The translations under genes were made by a program, and so were the position numbers. From the IMG/VR virus record IMGVR_UViG_3300021400_000020, positions 32,001 to 96,000 of that record: a DNA stretch of 64,000 nucleotides; one strand, given 5' to 3'. The notes under the pieces were generated by a model. That model was not told the DNA's origin. It made no database searches and was given only the letters and a program-made list of their open reading frames with translations. This document shows positions 43,250 through 52,154 of the stretch, piece by piece (within the stretch, counting starts at the first letter, position 1; each line of letters starts with the position of its first letter). This DNA is from a virus.

Positions 43250-44743
43250 TTATAAATTAAGTTTGAATACATTCTTCATGTGGATACTCTCATAGTGACC
43301 CTGCACATAGAAATACGTCCAAAAGATTTCACCCATCAACGCAATCATCTCCTTCCGATAATGATAGGTTCGCTTCCTCCGACAAAATCCAAGATAGGAA
43401 TTCACGACCTGCTCAATACGCTTGCAGTCCAGATACGTCAAATCCTTCTTTGCCTCCATCAGACGACGGAACCCGATAGCACGCTCCTTGAATCGAGCCA
43501 GCGTCCTGTTCGAAAGATACAGTCTGCAAGGCTTGATATAAGTACCGACAAACAACACGCCATGACTCACTGGCTGCAAGTATCTCTCTTCGTGCATCTC
43601 CAGCTGAAGATGGGTCTTGAGGAACTTTTCCATCTTCACAATCGCACCCTTCAGGAAATCGAGGTCGTCACACTGACAGACGAAATCATCCACGAACCGC
43701 TCGTAGGAGAACGAATGGTGACGGAAAAGGAAAAGCACATACATGTCGAAATACGACATCAAGAAGTTGGCAAACAACTGAGTCGTGAGATTACCGATAG
43801 GCTCACCCTTGGTTTTCTCACAACCAAACAAGGACTTGTTAGGCGATAACCGCTCCCAAAGATGCACGGGCGAATTCAGCACACAATTCTCTTCTGGACG
43901 ATGCAACACAACTGTCTTCGTGGTATGGATAAGCACGTCCCAGAACATCTCTGGCATACGCTGCATACCAAGACGAACAAGGACATCGGGAGAAACCGAC
44001 TCGAAGCCCTTGCGCTCCATGCGCTTCCTCCATCGGTTGATGAACCTCTCCATGAAGTACCACAAAACCAACTTGTCTATACTCATGAAGAAGCCTACAA
44101 TATCACCCTTGAATAGCCATGCCTTACGATGATAATGCCCAGTGATACGCTCCATGCCTTCAGCACAATGTGCAACACATTTGTCTGTACCGAAACCCTT
44201 ACGGCAATTGAAACTGACATTGCCCTGCGACACAAAACGCTCCTCAAACAACGGCTCTAACCGTAAGCAAATCCAATGGTGAACAATCCTGTCACGAAAG
44301 CTGGCGGCAAACACCTCCCTCGGTTTGGGATAGAGAACCATAAAGCAGGTGGATGTGCCTGGTTGATATGTCTTGCTCCACAACTCGTATGCCAAGGCGG
44401 GAATATCCTCTATGGCTTTAGACATGTACTCGATGGCTTGCTTGGAACGGAACTTGCCGTGCATACAGTCTTTGTACGCCGCCCAAACAGAGTCAAGAAA
44501 GGCTTGCGGCACGGAGCTATAATCGTGGAACGCTGTGACCGCCCTGACAACATACGAATTATACTTGTTGTTGTTGTTCACATTACCATTCTGGAAATTC
44601 ACGTTGTACGAATTCGTGGTATTGTTCTCGGACGCGGACCAGAAGTTACTGTCTTTTTGCGATTCTGCATCTTCGTAGCTAACACATCTTGAGAATGTGT
44701 TAGCGAATCGCCCGTTCAACGGATTATAGGATGCTCTAACCAT
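43250..44743 (-). CDS. DGR reverse transcriptase; the true start is uncertain because the 5' ~215 nt of this ORF contains the TR
   Basis: WAAYKDCMHGKFRSKQAIEY (N-terminal DGR-RT-like), FKGDIVGFFMSID (motif A), GEPIGNLTTQLFANFLMSYFD (the IGNLTSQ signature typical of DGR RTs) and YERFVDDFV (YxDD). Confidence 0.9.
   Translation of the reverse strand: MVRASYNPLNGRFANTFSRCVSYEDAESQKDSNFWSASENNTTNSYNVNFQNGNVNNNNKYNSYVVRAVTAFHDYSSVPQAFLDSVWAAYKDCMHGKFRSKQAIEYMSKAIEDIPALAYELWSKTYQPGTSTCFMVLYPKPREVFAASFRDRIVHHWICLRLEPLFEERFVSQGNVSFNCRKGFGTDKCVAHCAEGMERITGHYHRKAWLFKGDIVGFFMSIDKLVLWYFMERFINRWRKRMERKGFESVSPDVLVRLGMQRMPEMFWDVLIHTTKTVVLHRPEENCVLNSPVHLWERLSPNKSLFGCEKTKGEPIGNLTTQLFANFLMSYFDMYVLFLFRHHSFSYERFVDDFVCQCDDLDFLKGAIVKMEKFLKTHLQLEMHEERYLQPVSHGVLFVGTYIKPCRLYLSNRTLARFKERAIGFRRLMEAKKDLTYLDCKRIEQVVNSYLGFCRRKRTYHYRKEMIALMGEIFWTYFYVQGHYESIHMKNVFKLNL
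44528..44652 (-). repeat. DGR template repeat (TR), 125 nt
   Basis: 114 of 125 nt identical to the VR. Asn (AAC)-rich in the coding frame: ENNTTNSYNVNFQNGNVNNNNKYNSYVV. Confidence 0.9.
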
Positions 44744-44749
44744 AATTGC

Positions 44750-45178
44750 TTATGAATTACCCTGACCACTGGTATAATCTCGCAACGCTATTGCTTGCGC
44801 GACGATGCCCCGTGTCAGCTGCCTTATCTTGTTCTCTGTGTCCTTACTGATATGATTCATCTTGTGCAAAATCTTGATGTCGTCCTGAACATCTTCAACG
44901 AAGATATGGACCATATCAAGATACTCTATCCTCATGGCGGAGTCACGAGTCGCATGTGCCAATCCTACACATTTCTTCGCCTCGCTCACAGTCAGCAAGA
45001 TACTGTCTATGTAGCGAGTGAACTTCCTCGGAACTCGTTCATAAAGACATACCACGAAATACTTCAAGTTCGCAATGTCACGATAAATCGGCATCTGACG
45101 AAGTGTCCTGTGCTGACGCTTCTTCTGCTCACTGTCTTGTATCGTTGCTTGTGGAATGACTACACCATTTGTGCTCAT
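44750..45178 (-). CDS. avd: DGR accessory variability determinant (Avd-like four-helix-bundle protein)
   Basis: 142 aa and basic, lying between the VR and TR. ...IYRDIANLKYFVVCLYERVPRKFTRY...SEAKKCVGLA... fits the Avd / four-helix-bundle family pattern. Confidence 0.7.
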   Translation of the reverse strand: MSTNGVVIPQATIQDSEQKKRQHRTLRQMPIYRDIANLKYFVVCLYERVPRKFTRYIDSILLTVSEAKKCVGLAHATRDSAMRIEYLDMVHIFVEDVQDDIKILHKMNHISKDTENKIRQLTRGIVAQAIALRDYTSGQGNS

Positions 45179-45247
45179 ATCATTGTTGTTAAATCATTTG
45201 TGTATCCTTGGGCGACGGCTTGAATGCCGTCGCTATAAGTAAAAAGT

Positions 45248-45263
45248 GACACGCTAAAGCGTG
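45248..45263 (-). promoter_or_regulatory. GC-rich hairpin (6-bp stem, 4-nt loop) 4 nt 3' of the VR, overlapping the target stop codon
   Basis: Coding-strand ACACGC TTTA GCGTGT. Its position matches the hairpin/cruciform that supports homing in characterised DGRs. Confidence 0.55.
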
Positions 45264-48200
45264 TAGGTGAACGCTGTGACCGCCCTGACAACATACGAAT
45301 TATACTTGAGGTTGCTGCCCACACTACCATTCTGGAAACCCACGTTGTACGAATACGCGGTATTGTACTCGGACGCGGACCAGAAGTTACTGTTACCCCA
45401 CCAAGTAAATATTGAAGAGGTCTCTCCTGCATCCTCCAATCTTTTCAGAATGTTCGCCATCAGTGGATAATCAACATCTTGAACTCCTTCTTGGGCTTCA
45501 TTCGCGTATTGCGCACTAATAGTACCACCACTTACCTTATTACGGGAAGCATGGTACATACCGTAAATCTTGTTGACCATACCACAGGCAGGAAGCATCC
45601 AATTTTCTCGCGCATAGCGAGCGTCCAATACTTCACCTTCTTTAACAGCTGGTTCATACAACTTGCATGCGTATGCAGCAGGATAGAACAACTGATAGAA
45701 TCTTGTCGAGTTTGTTGTACCTAACGCGTTTTGCAAATAGCTCAAAGCCACCATCATATCTGCAAGCTCTGTTCTATTATTAGGGCGAGAGTTTGACGAA
45801 GATCGTTCTTTTGCCCACCGCATCAACCCGTATTGCGATGGTGTTAGCAAACTCCATGACGAAGTGTCGAATGTCCCAGTAGTTGATACTGCCTTGCACA
45901 TATACAAAGCACTACTATAGCGAACGACATTTCCACTCGCGTAAGTATTTTCAGTATTATAAGCAGGTGGCGTTTCTGGTAAATCATAATTTCCCCAGAC
46001 ATAACGAATCCAACCTGAAAGGATTTCGTTTGCTCGATCAACCATAGCCGCGGACTTTACTGCAGTAGAGAAGTCACCCGAACCACTACCAGTCGTTGCA
46101 AAAGAATGAAGAGTTACATTTCTACTATGTTCTCGGATTGCAGCTTGAATATCAGAGTTAAAGCCATTAGCATCAGTTGATGGATAAATACCCCACGGTA
46201 ATGAAGCAGTGTTGTTGATAGTACCATCAGAACTTTTTAGGTTGGCATTCTCTTTCGCAACAACATCGATAGTTCGTGTTGAACCAGCACCACCACTACC
46301 AGAAACCCGAACAACAAAGCCAACAACCGTTTTATCGTATCGGTACTCATCATCAAACGTACCGTCCGCAAAGGCGAAGTCGCCTCTTTGTGGCTTGCGG
46401 TTGAAGAAACCAATATTCCAATAAGCACTAATCGTAGTGTCATTCAGCAGCTCAGCAGTCACCTTCAGACGATAGCGGGTCGTGTCTCCAGAAGCAGCCA
46501 AACGAATGACATTGGCAATACCTGCAACATCGTCAACAAACTGCATATAGGAAGAGGCATCAAGGTCTTCCACCTCATTTCCACCGCTATCTGTCTTGAC
46601 AAATCGCCACTGCAACACAGGCTTTCCATCCACAAACTTCAGATTGTTTCCTGCATCGGTAGCAACACCAAACTGAGTCTGACCTAAAGCAGTAAAATAC
46701 TTCTGACCTGTGATAGACAAACGCTCAATCAGCACAGGCACATAATCGATATACAAATCATTCGACTCGCTCCGAATATTGCCATACTTGCCAAACAGAT
46801 ACGTCAAGTCAGACAACGAGAGATTGGCAGCCGTGTGCATCGTAATCCTACCCGTCAAAGTACAAGACTCTAACGACGTAATCCACATCAGGAAGTCACG
46901 ACGTACCGACTCCCAGAGAATATTGGTCAAGGTCAGCACCTCCAACGGAGCATTCTCTTCATGGCATTGCTCTACCAACGCACGTCCCAGACTACCTACA
47001 CCGCGCAAAATCAAAGTTCTCAACTCATACGTGTGTATGACTCTGAGCGTCGTGAGGTTAGGCAAGTTGTTCAGTGTCAGATTAACCAAGCGACTGCCCA
47101 GCTCCACACTCGTCATCAGCAAACTGGATGGTAACTGAATGCCGACGATACCACCCGAAACATTGCCGTTGCCGTCATCAATGCCGTCGCAGCCCATCGT
47201 ATTGACACTACGCAAGCGAATGCAGTTCGACAAGTTCAACGTGCCACCAATCCCTGCACTACCCTCCAAGTCAAGATGCTCTATCAACGGACAGTTAAGC
47301 ACAATCTCAGACGGCTTGAAAGCAGGGTTCGACGGACTCGACGGATTGGAAACGAACTCAGTCAAATGCTGAGCGGTTAGCGTGAATCGGGAAGCGGAAC
47401 TGATATGAAGGTCGCCCACATTACCAAAGGAACGATAGTAATTGGCAGCGTAAAGGGCAATAGCGGTATCGACACCATCAACAGGAGAACCACCCGTCAT
47501 GTCAAAGACAACAGGAACACCTGGCTTGCATCTCTGACGCATGGAGATATTCGTCTGTCCAATACGACCGCATGGATAGATATACTGATGCGGAACCAAA
47601 CCATTGAACACAATAAGATCTCCACCGTTCAAACCAAATACGTTCTCAAGGTCTGAAAAACCGACATTTCCAGACGACAGGCTGAAATCACCCCATTCGG
47701 CATAACTCGCCAGCAATACCAACCTGCGCTTCATGTACTGCACCTCCGCTTCTAATTGGTCACCCATCGACTGCGTGATAGGGTCAACACCTCGCTCGGA
47801 AATGAAATGGACGGAAGCAGGGTATTCATAGCGAATACGGGCAGCCTCGTTATAGGCAACGGCAGGAATGTATTGCTGAATCTTGAAGAAGTATTTCCAC
47901 ATGCAACCCCACGGCGTAGTCTTCTGATTGTTGCTCAATGGCAAATCATCCGACACACTAACAAGCCCGCTCATGGTGGTAAAGATACGCTGGAACATAC
48001 TGCGCAACTCGCCATTGCCCTCATACAACTCTTCTGTCAAATTGAAAAGCACATTGGCATTACCACGATAGAGACTTTCAGTCGAGCCTTCAGCGCAAGG
48101 ATGCAGACGGTCGATATAGTACGGCTTGGTCTGGAAACCGCTATTATCAGTTTTGAAAATAGTATCTTGGTCGTCCTGATGCAACTCCCACTTCCACGTC

Positions 48201-51200
48201 CACGTACTCTTGTCAGCAGAAGCATCACCATACGGAACAAGGCAATAGTAAGTATTCTTCGAACAGTTATCAGAACCGCAAATCATCCAGTTCGTGAAGC
48301 AATAATGGAACTTCAGACTATCTACATTGATGATATTGCCAATCTTACTACGAGCATCTTCAACAACAGCTGCAATAAAACCTGCATTCATCGCCTCGAA
48401 ATTACCAGGATGACTGACATAGGCATTGCGATAGATACTACCAACAGCGGTCAAGTCACATTCCTCCACAACTTCATTGGTTTCATCCCAACCATAATCA
48501 ACCCACTTGCCTTCAAAGAAGTCATAGCGCATCAACTTGTAAGAACCTGCGCCTTCTGTCCACCAATAAAGGTAGTTGACATCATTGGCAGCTGCACTCG
48601 CCTCGAACTGCGTCTTCGTACCAGAAAAATATTTGATACGAGGGTTGTGCTTATAAAGGAAATTGACAAACTGCTTGATGTGGTTCAGAATCGTAGAAGA
48701 AGGTACTTCTACCTCATTACCATCAATCGTGATTGTCTGAGCGACGAACTTGTCAAGGTCAAGACTGGTATAGCCATTATAGATAAAGCCAGCAGCTTCT
48801 CCATCTTCTATCTCGTAACTGATTCTGTCACTCTGCCAAGGCACACGGAAATCGGTCAAAGGAAGGTCGTTATCGGCTCCTTCCAACATCACGAAATTAG
48901 GATGCTTCTTCTTGTTGAATCCCCAAGTACCGTCGTCCATCTTGCCAGGACCGAAAGTACAAGGTCCTTGATAAACAGCGGTGTCACCTTCTTGCAAGAA
49001 ATACAAGAACACATTCTGACACTTCGCCACACGTGCGCCAGCGGTCTGCACCTGCATCACATTCCTTCCGACGATGGCTTGATGCAAATCGTTGTAGAGG
49101 TTACAAGCACCCATCAGGTGACTCTGCATCGAGGATGCATAGTTGATTTTTGCGACGAGCTTTTGAGCGTATGGCACACCGTTCATCAACTTATACTGAG
49201 GACCACGATACATACCATTGCCATCAACCCAGCCGTCAGGGACAAAGGCATAGCCATTCCTTGCAGTAGATGGCGTGAAGTCACTGTAGTCTGGATGAAT
49301 CTTCGTAATTTCCACCCAGATACCATGCGGACAAAGCTCAGCGGTCTGCTCCAGCGTCACAGTCTCTGCGTCAAGCCCGTTCTTCGAAAGTTCCTTATCG
49401 TAAGCCTTCGCCACGTCCTTCAACTTGCTTTGCAGATTCCAATAGTAGTAAGTCTTGGCTGTGGAACCCTGACCTGTCTGCTCAACCGAAGCGGTTTCCC
49501 TACAAAGACTTCCGCTATAGTCTAACAACTCGTTACCATTGTCGTCGTATTGATGGATTTCCCACCAACCCGTTTTGGTAGCAGTGTCACCCTTTCGTAT
49601 CTGACCACCAGCACAGTGCCATATCAGACAGTTCTTCTTCCTCTCCTGACACTTGGTAAGACTAATCAAGCCTGTATTGCCAAGAAGGTCGTTCTCATCT
49701 CGCACACTGACCTTCTGAGCCGCCGTAGGCATCGTACTTCGATAGTTCTGCAAGATGTCGGCTGAATCAAGGGCTTGGTTCTTATACACACGCAAAGCAA
49801 AGATGTCAATATCAGCACCAGCCTGACCTATCACAATGGATGAACCACGACTATACCATGTGCCGGCAGTGTCCTTGTCAAAAATGAACTCACGATTGAT
49901 ACAACCATTGATAAAAACACGACACAAGGCAAGCGTACTGGCATTATTGTCGGTCGATGCTCGCAAAGCGGAAACGATATTGATAACGACATGAGTGCGC
50001 TCACCTTCCTGCCAAGAGAAATTCTGCTCCAGCTCGGTACGGTTCGATGAAGTCCAGACACTACCCTCCAATGGGCGCATCTTCAAACCGATAAAGCCGT
50101 CACCGTATCCTTCGCACGCCTGAAAAACAGGGTCGTCCTCATTAGTGACATTCCGAACCTTGAAATCCAACTCCAACGTGACATTGGCAGCGGCATTGTT
50201 GGCGAAAGGACTCAACCAGTCATAGTTAATAGTCAGTAACTGACCAGCAAGCACACGAAGGACACGCTGATTATCTTCATCCTGAACCCAAGCGTCGTTG
50301 ATAGCTCCGAAATTTGACCATGTGGATGGAACAAGGACATTGCCAACGGCATTCACAATGGAAAGTGGCGTACCCTCGGCATTACTTCGAGTCGAAGGAT
50401 TCAAATAGAAGTCTGCACCATTCGTAGGAGCGAAGTTCTCCTTGTTGTCAACAGTTATCACTTCACCGCTGGCGAAAGTATAAGTCGTTCCTCGGTCAAT
50501 GATATAGGCATAGAAATAGGCATAAAGGGTTAAGTCGGTGCTCTCAATACCCACACTACCATTCAAGTGATAAGGAGTACCAGGAGTTGCCAAGACTTCC
50601 ATATTCAGATAGTCCTGAGTCTGCGAATTGTTGCGGATGGCGAAACTGACAGCGATGGAATCCCTACCAGGCGCATAGACAGCGTAGGAACAAATCTCGG
50701 TCTGCACGTAGTTCTCCGTCGTCTTGATGAGATTCTGGATGAGCAAGCGAGGAGTGTCCGTCACATTACTGGTCACAACCATCAACTGATTGATGACATG
50801 ATCCGTAGAGTTCACGTCTTCTTGCGTACCGTCGGAATAGGTCAGCCATGCCTCAATCGTGATGATACCACCCGACAAGAAACCATAATATTGGGAAGCA
50901 TCAGCAACGGTGTCTGTGTCCTTCCAAGTGGAAAGATAATTGGTATATTCATTCGCACCAATGGAAAAGACATGCTCGTACTCACGGGTTCCGCCTGTAA
51001 TCCTGACATGTAACTTTCTCGCTACACTTCCCTTGAGGTGATAATTGAGAGGAATCACAGTCGGATTCGTCAGAGGCGCATTGTAGTCACCTGCAAATTC
51101 CAAACCCACCTCAGTATAGGTGACGGATGAGAAGGTGACATAACCCTGTGTGTTCATGGTTTGCATGTTGCCAGTCATATCCTCATAGTCAAAAGCAGCA

Positions 51201-51694
51201 CGCAACTGCACGACAACAGTTTCATCTTGCTTCAGATACGGTCCGATATTAACAGGATAATAGGAACTTGGATGCTCGTCATACTCCAACGAAGGAACAT
51301 CTAAAACAGCCTTGTCCTCACCATTGACCCTGACCGTCAAACGTCCATTGGCACCGTAGTTACGAGGAACGACTCCATCCATGTAGGCACCAGTGAACCT
51401 GACTCCAATCCAACAGTCCTTGGAGCTGACAACAATCGGGAGAGTAGGGTCTTGCTCCACCATCAAGTAAGCCTTGTATTCAGCACCTGACAAGTCAATG
51501 GTCAGACGAACCGTTCCTTCCGGATCTGGAGTCTGTGGCGTATTTCCATTCAAGGAAATGCCCATGACACTGTTCTGATTCTGCCTAACAGCACGGACCA
51601 ACCTAACAAACTCTTGAGCTGTTAGCTTACCCTCTGGGTCGTCAGGATGATTGTCGATTTTCGACAACAAGTCTGAAATATCTTCTTTCGCCAT
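45254..51694 (-). CDS. giant DGR target protein (2146 aa): putative tail fiber / receptor-binding protein with LRR-like region and C-terminal C-type-lectin/DUF1566-like variable domain
   Basis: Contains the VR at its 3' end. C-terminus ...WMLPACGMV...FWSASEYNTAYSYNVGFQNGSVGSNLKYNSYVVRAVTAF fits the DUF1566/CLec DGR target pattern. LRR-like LNLSNC..LTLNNLPNLTTLRV..LTLTNI. Confidence 0.9.
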   Translation of the reverse strand: MAKEDISDLLSKIDNHPDDPEGKLTAQEFVRLVRAVRQNQNSVMGISLNGNTPQTPDPEGTVRLTIDLSGAEYKAYLMVEQDPTLPIVVSSKDCWIGVRFTGAYMDGVVPRNYGANGRLTVRVNGEDKAVLDVPSLEYDEHPSSYYPVNIGPYLKQDETVVVQLRAAFDYEDMTGNMQTMNTQGYVTFSSVTYTEVGLEFAGDYNAPLTNPTVIPLNYHLKGSVARKLHVRITGGTREYEHVFSIGANEYTNYLSTWKDTDTVADASQYYGFLSGGIITIEAWLTYSDGTQEDVNSTDHVINQLMVVTSNVTDTPRLLIQNLIKTTENYVQTEICSYAVYAPGRDSIAVSFAIRNNSQTQDYLNMEVLATPGTPYHLNGSVGIESTDLTLYAYFYAYIIDRGTTYTFASGEVITVDNKENFAPTNGADFYLNPSTRSNAEGTPLSIVNAVGNVLVPSTWSNFGAINDAWVQDEDNQRVLRVLAGQLLTINYDWLSPFANNAAANVTLELDFKVRNVTNEDDPVFQACEGYGDGFIGLKMRPLEGSVWTSSNRTELEQNFSWQEGERTHVVINIVSALRASTDNNASTLALCRVFINGCINREFIFDKDTAGTWYSRGSSIVIGQAGADIDIFALRVYKNQALDSADILQNYRSTMPTAAQKVSVRDENDLLGNTGLISLTKCQERKKNCLIWHCAGGQIRKGDTATKTGWWEIHQYDDNGNELLDYSGSLCRETASVEQTGQGSTAKTYYYWNLQSKLKDVAKAYDKELSKNGLDAETVTLEQTAELCPHGIWVEITKIHPDYSDFTPSTARNGYAFVPDGWVDGNGMYRGPQYKLMNGVPYAQKLVAKINYASSMQSHLMGACNLYNDLHQAIVGRNVMQVQTAGARVAKCQNVFLYFLQEGDTAVYQGPCTFGPGKMDDGTWGFNKKKHPNFVMLEGADNDLPLTDFRVPWQSDRISYEIEDGEAAGFIYNGYTSLDLDKFVAQTITIDGNEVEVPSSTILNHIKQFVNFLYKHNPRIKYFSGTKTQFEASAAANDVNYLYWWTEGAGSYKLMRYDFFEGKWVDYGWDETNEVVEECDLTAVGSIYRNAYVSHPGNFEAMNAGFIAAVVEDARSKIGNIINVDSLKFHYCFTNWMICGSDNCSKNTYYCLVPYGDASADKSTWTWKWELHQDDQDTIFKTDNSGFQTKPYYIDRLHPCAEGSTESLYRGNANVLFNLTEELYEGNGELRSMFQRIFTTMSGLVSVSDDLPLSNNQKTTPWGCMWKYFFKIQQYIPAVAYNEAARIRYEYPASVHFISERGVDPITQSMGDQLEAEVQYMKRRLVLLASYAEWGDFSLSSGNVGFSDLENVFGLNGGDLIVFNGLVPHQYIYPCGRIGQTNISMRQRCKPGVPVVFDMTGGSPVDGVDTAIALYAANYYRSFGNVGDLHISSASRFTLTAQHLTEFVSNPSSPSNPAFKPSEIVLNCPLIEHLDLEGSAGIGGTLNLSNCIRLRSVNTMGCDGIDDGNGNVSGGIVGIQLPSSLLMTSVELGSRLVNLTLNNLPNLTTLRVIHTYELRTLILRGVGSLGRALVEQCHEENAPLEVLTLTNILWESVRRDFLMWITSLESCTLTGRITMHTAANLSLSDLTYLFGKYGNIRSESNDLYIDYVPVLIERLSITGQKYFTALGQTQFGVATDAGNNLKFVDGKPVLQWRFVKTDSGGNEVEDLDASSYMQFVDDVAGIANVIRLAASGDTTRYRLKVTAELLNDTTISAYWNIGFFNRKPQRGDFAFADGTFDDEYRYDKTVVGFVVRVSGSGGAGSTRTIDVVAKENANLKSSDGTINNTASLPWGIYPSTDANGFNSDIQAAIREHSRNVTLHSFATTGSGSGDFSTAVKSAAMVDRANEILSGWIRYVWGNYDLPETPPAYNTENTYASGNVVRYSSALYMCKAVSTTGTFDTSSWSLLTPSQYGLMRWAKERSSSNSRPNNRTELADMMVALSYLQNALGTTNSTRFYQLFYPAAYACKLYEPAVKEGEVLDARYARENWMLPACGMVNKIYGMYHASRNKVSGGTISAQYANEAQEGVQDVDYPLMANILKRLEDAGETSSIFTWWGNSNFWSASEYNTAYSYNVGFQNGSVGSNLKYNSYVVRAVTAFTYTL
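45268..45392 (-). repeat. DGR variable repeat (VR), 125 nt
   Basis: Eleven differences from the TR, all where the TR coding strand has A. Eight codons are changed (N>Y, T>A, N>Y, N>G, N>S, N>G, N>S, N>L). Confidence 0.9.
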
Positions 51695-51712
51695 AATTGT
51701 GTATTTTTGAAA

Positions 51713-52153
51713 TTAAAATGTAAACGGAAAAGTATAAGGGAACCCGACGCTTCCCGTTTCTCCACGAGATGCAATCAAAGTCGAACCTAAGTAAATCCTC
51801 TGCAAGACACCGACATTATTCGTAACAGCATACCAGCTCGCAGGGTTTTTCTCGGTCAACGCAGAGAACTCGGATTCTGTCAAACGAATAACGCCACCAC
51901 CCGAAGGGGACGAAGAGGAAGAAACCTCCTCCACCCACTCGCCACCAAGCCAACGATAAGTCTTCTGCTCGGCAACGACATAACAGGTACAGCCCTCCGT
52001 CAGTCGCTCAATAGGGATATTGTCTCGGTCAGCCAGTGTGGAGACTTCCTTGGAACCACCCTTGCCATAGAGACTGCTATGTGTCGGAAACCTGTCCTCT
52101 GTCGTAAACGGCGCAATCATCGCCGCTACATTTGTTCCTGGAATATTTGCCAT
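51713..52153 (-). CDS. putative tail-fiber-associated protein (146 aa)
   Basis: N-terminal IAPFTTEDRFPTHSSLYGKGGSKEVSTLADRDNIPIERL resembles an N-terminal motif common in phage fiber proteins. From recollection only. Confidence 0.65.
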   Translation of the reverse strand: MANIPGTNVAAMIAPFTTEDRFPTHSSLYGKGGSKEVSTLADRDNIPIERLTEGCTCYVVAEQKTYRWLGGEWVEEVSSSSSPSGGGVIRLTESEFSALTEKNPASWYAVTNNVGVLQRIYLGSTLIASRGETGSVGFPYTFPFTF

Positions 52154-52154
52154 A

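Larger units (their letters stand above)
43250..45392 (-). mobile_element. Diversity-generating retroelement cassette: VR (3' end of the target gene) - avd - TR - RT
   Basis: TR/VR pair with adenine-only differences, an Avd-like 4-helix protein and a DGR-type RT. See the component features. Confidence 0.9.

Noticed and set aside
43250-44743. RT as a group II intron, retron or abortive-infection RT
   Set aside because: There are no intron RNA domains, maturase or endonuclease, and no msr/msd-like inverted repeats. The adjacent TR/VR pair with adenine-only differences, the Avd-like gene and the IGNLTTQ motif fit a DGR.
47756-49525. 589 aa plus-strand ORF inside the DGR target gene, with similar ORFs at 50567..51013, 56697..57443 and 60408..61739
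   Set aside because: They are antisense shadows of long, well-supported minus-strand structural ORFs. They show no independent start context, motif or repeat cassette.
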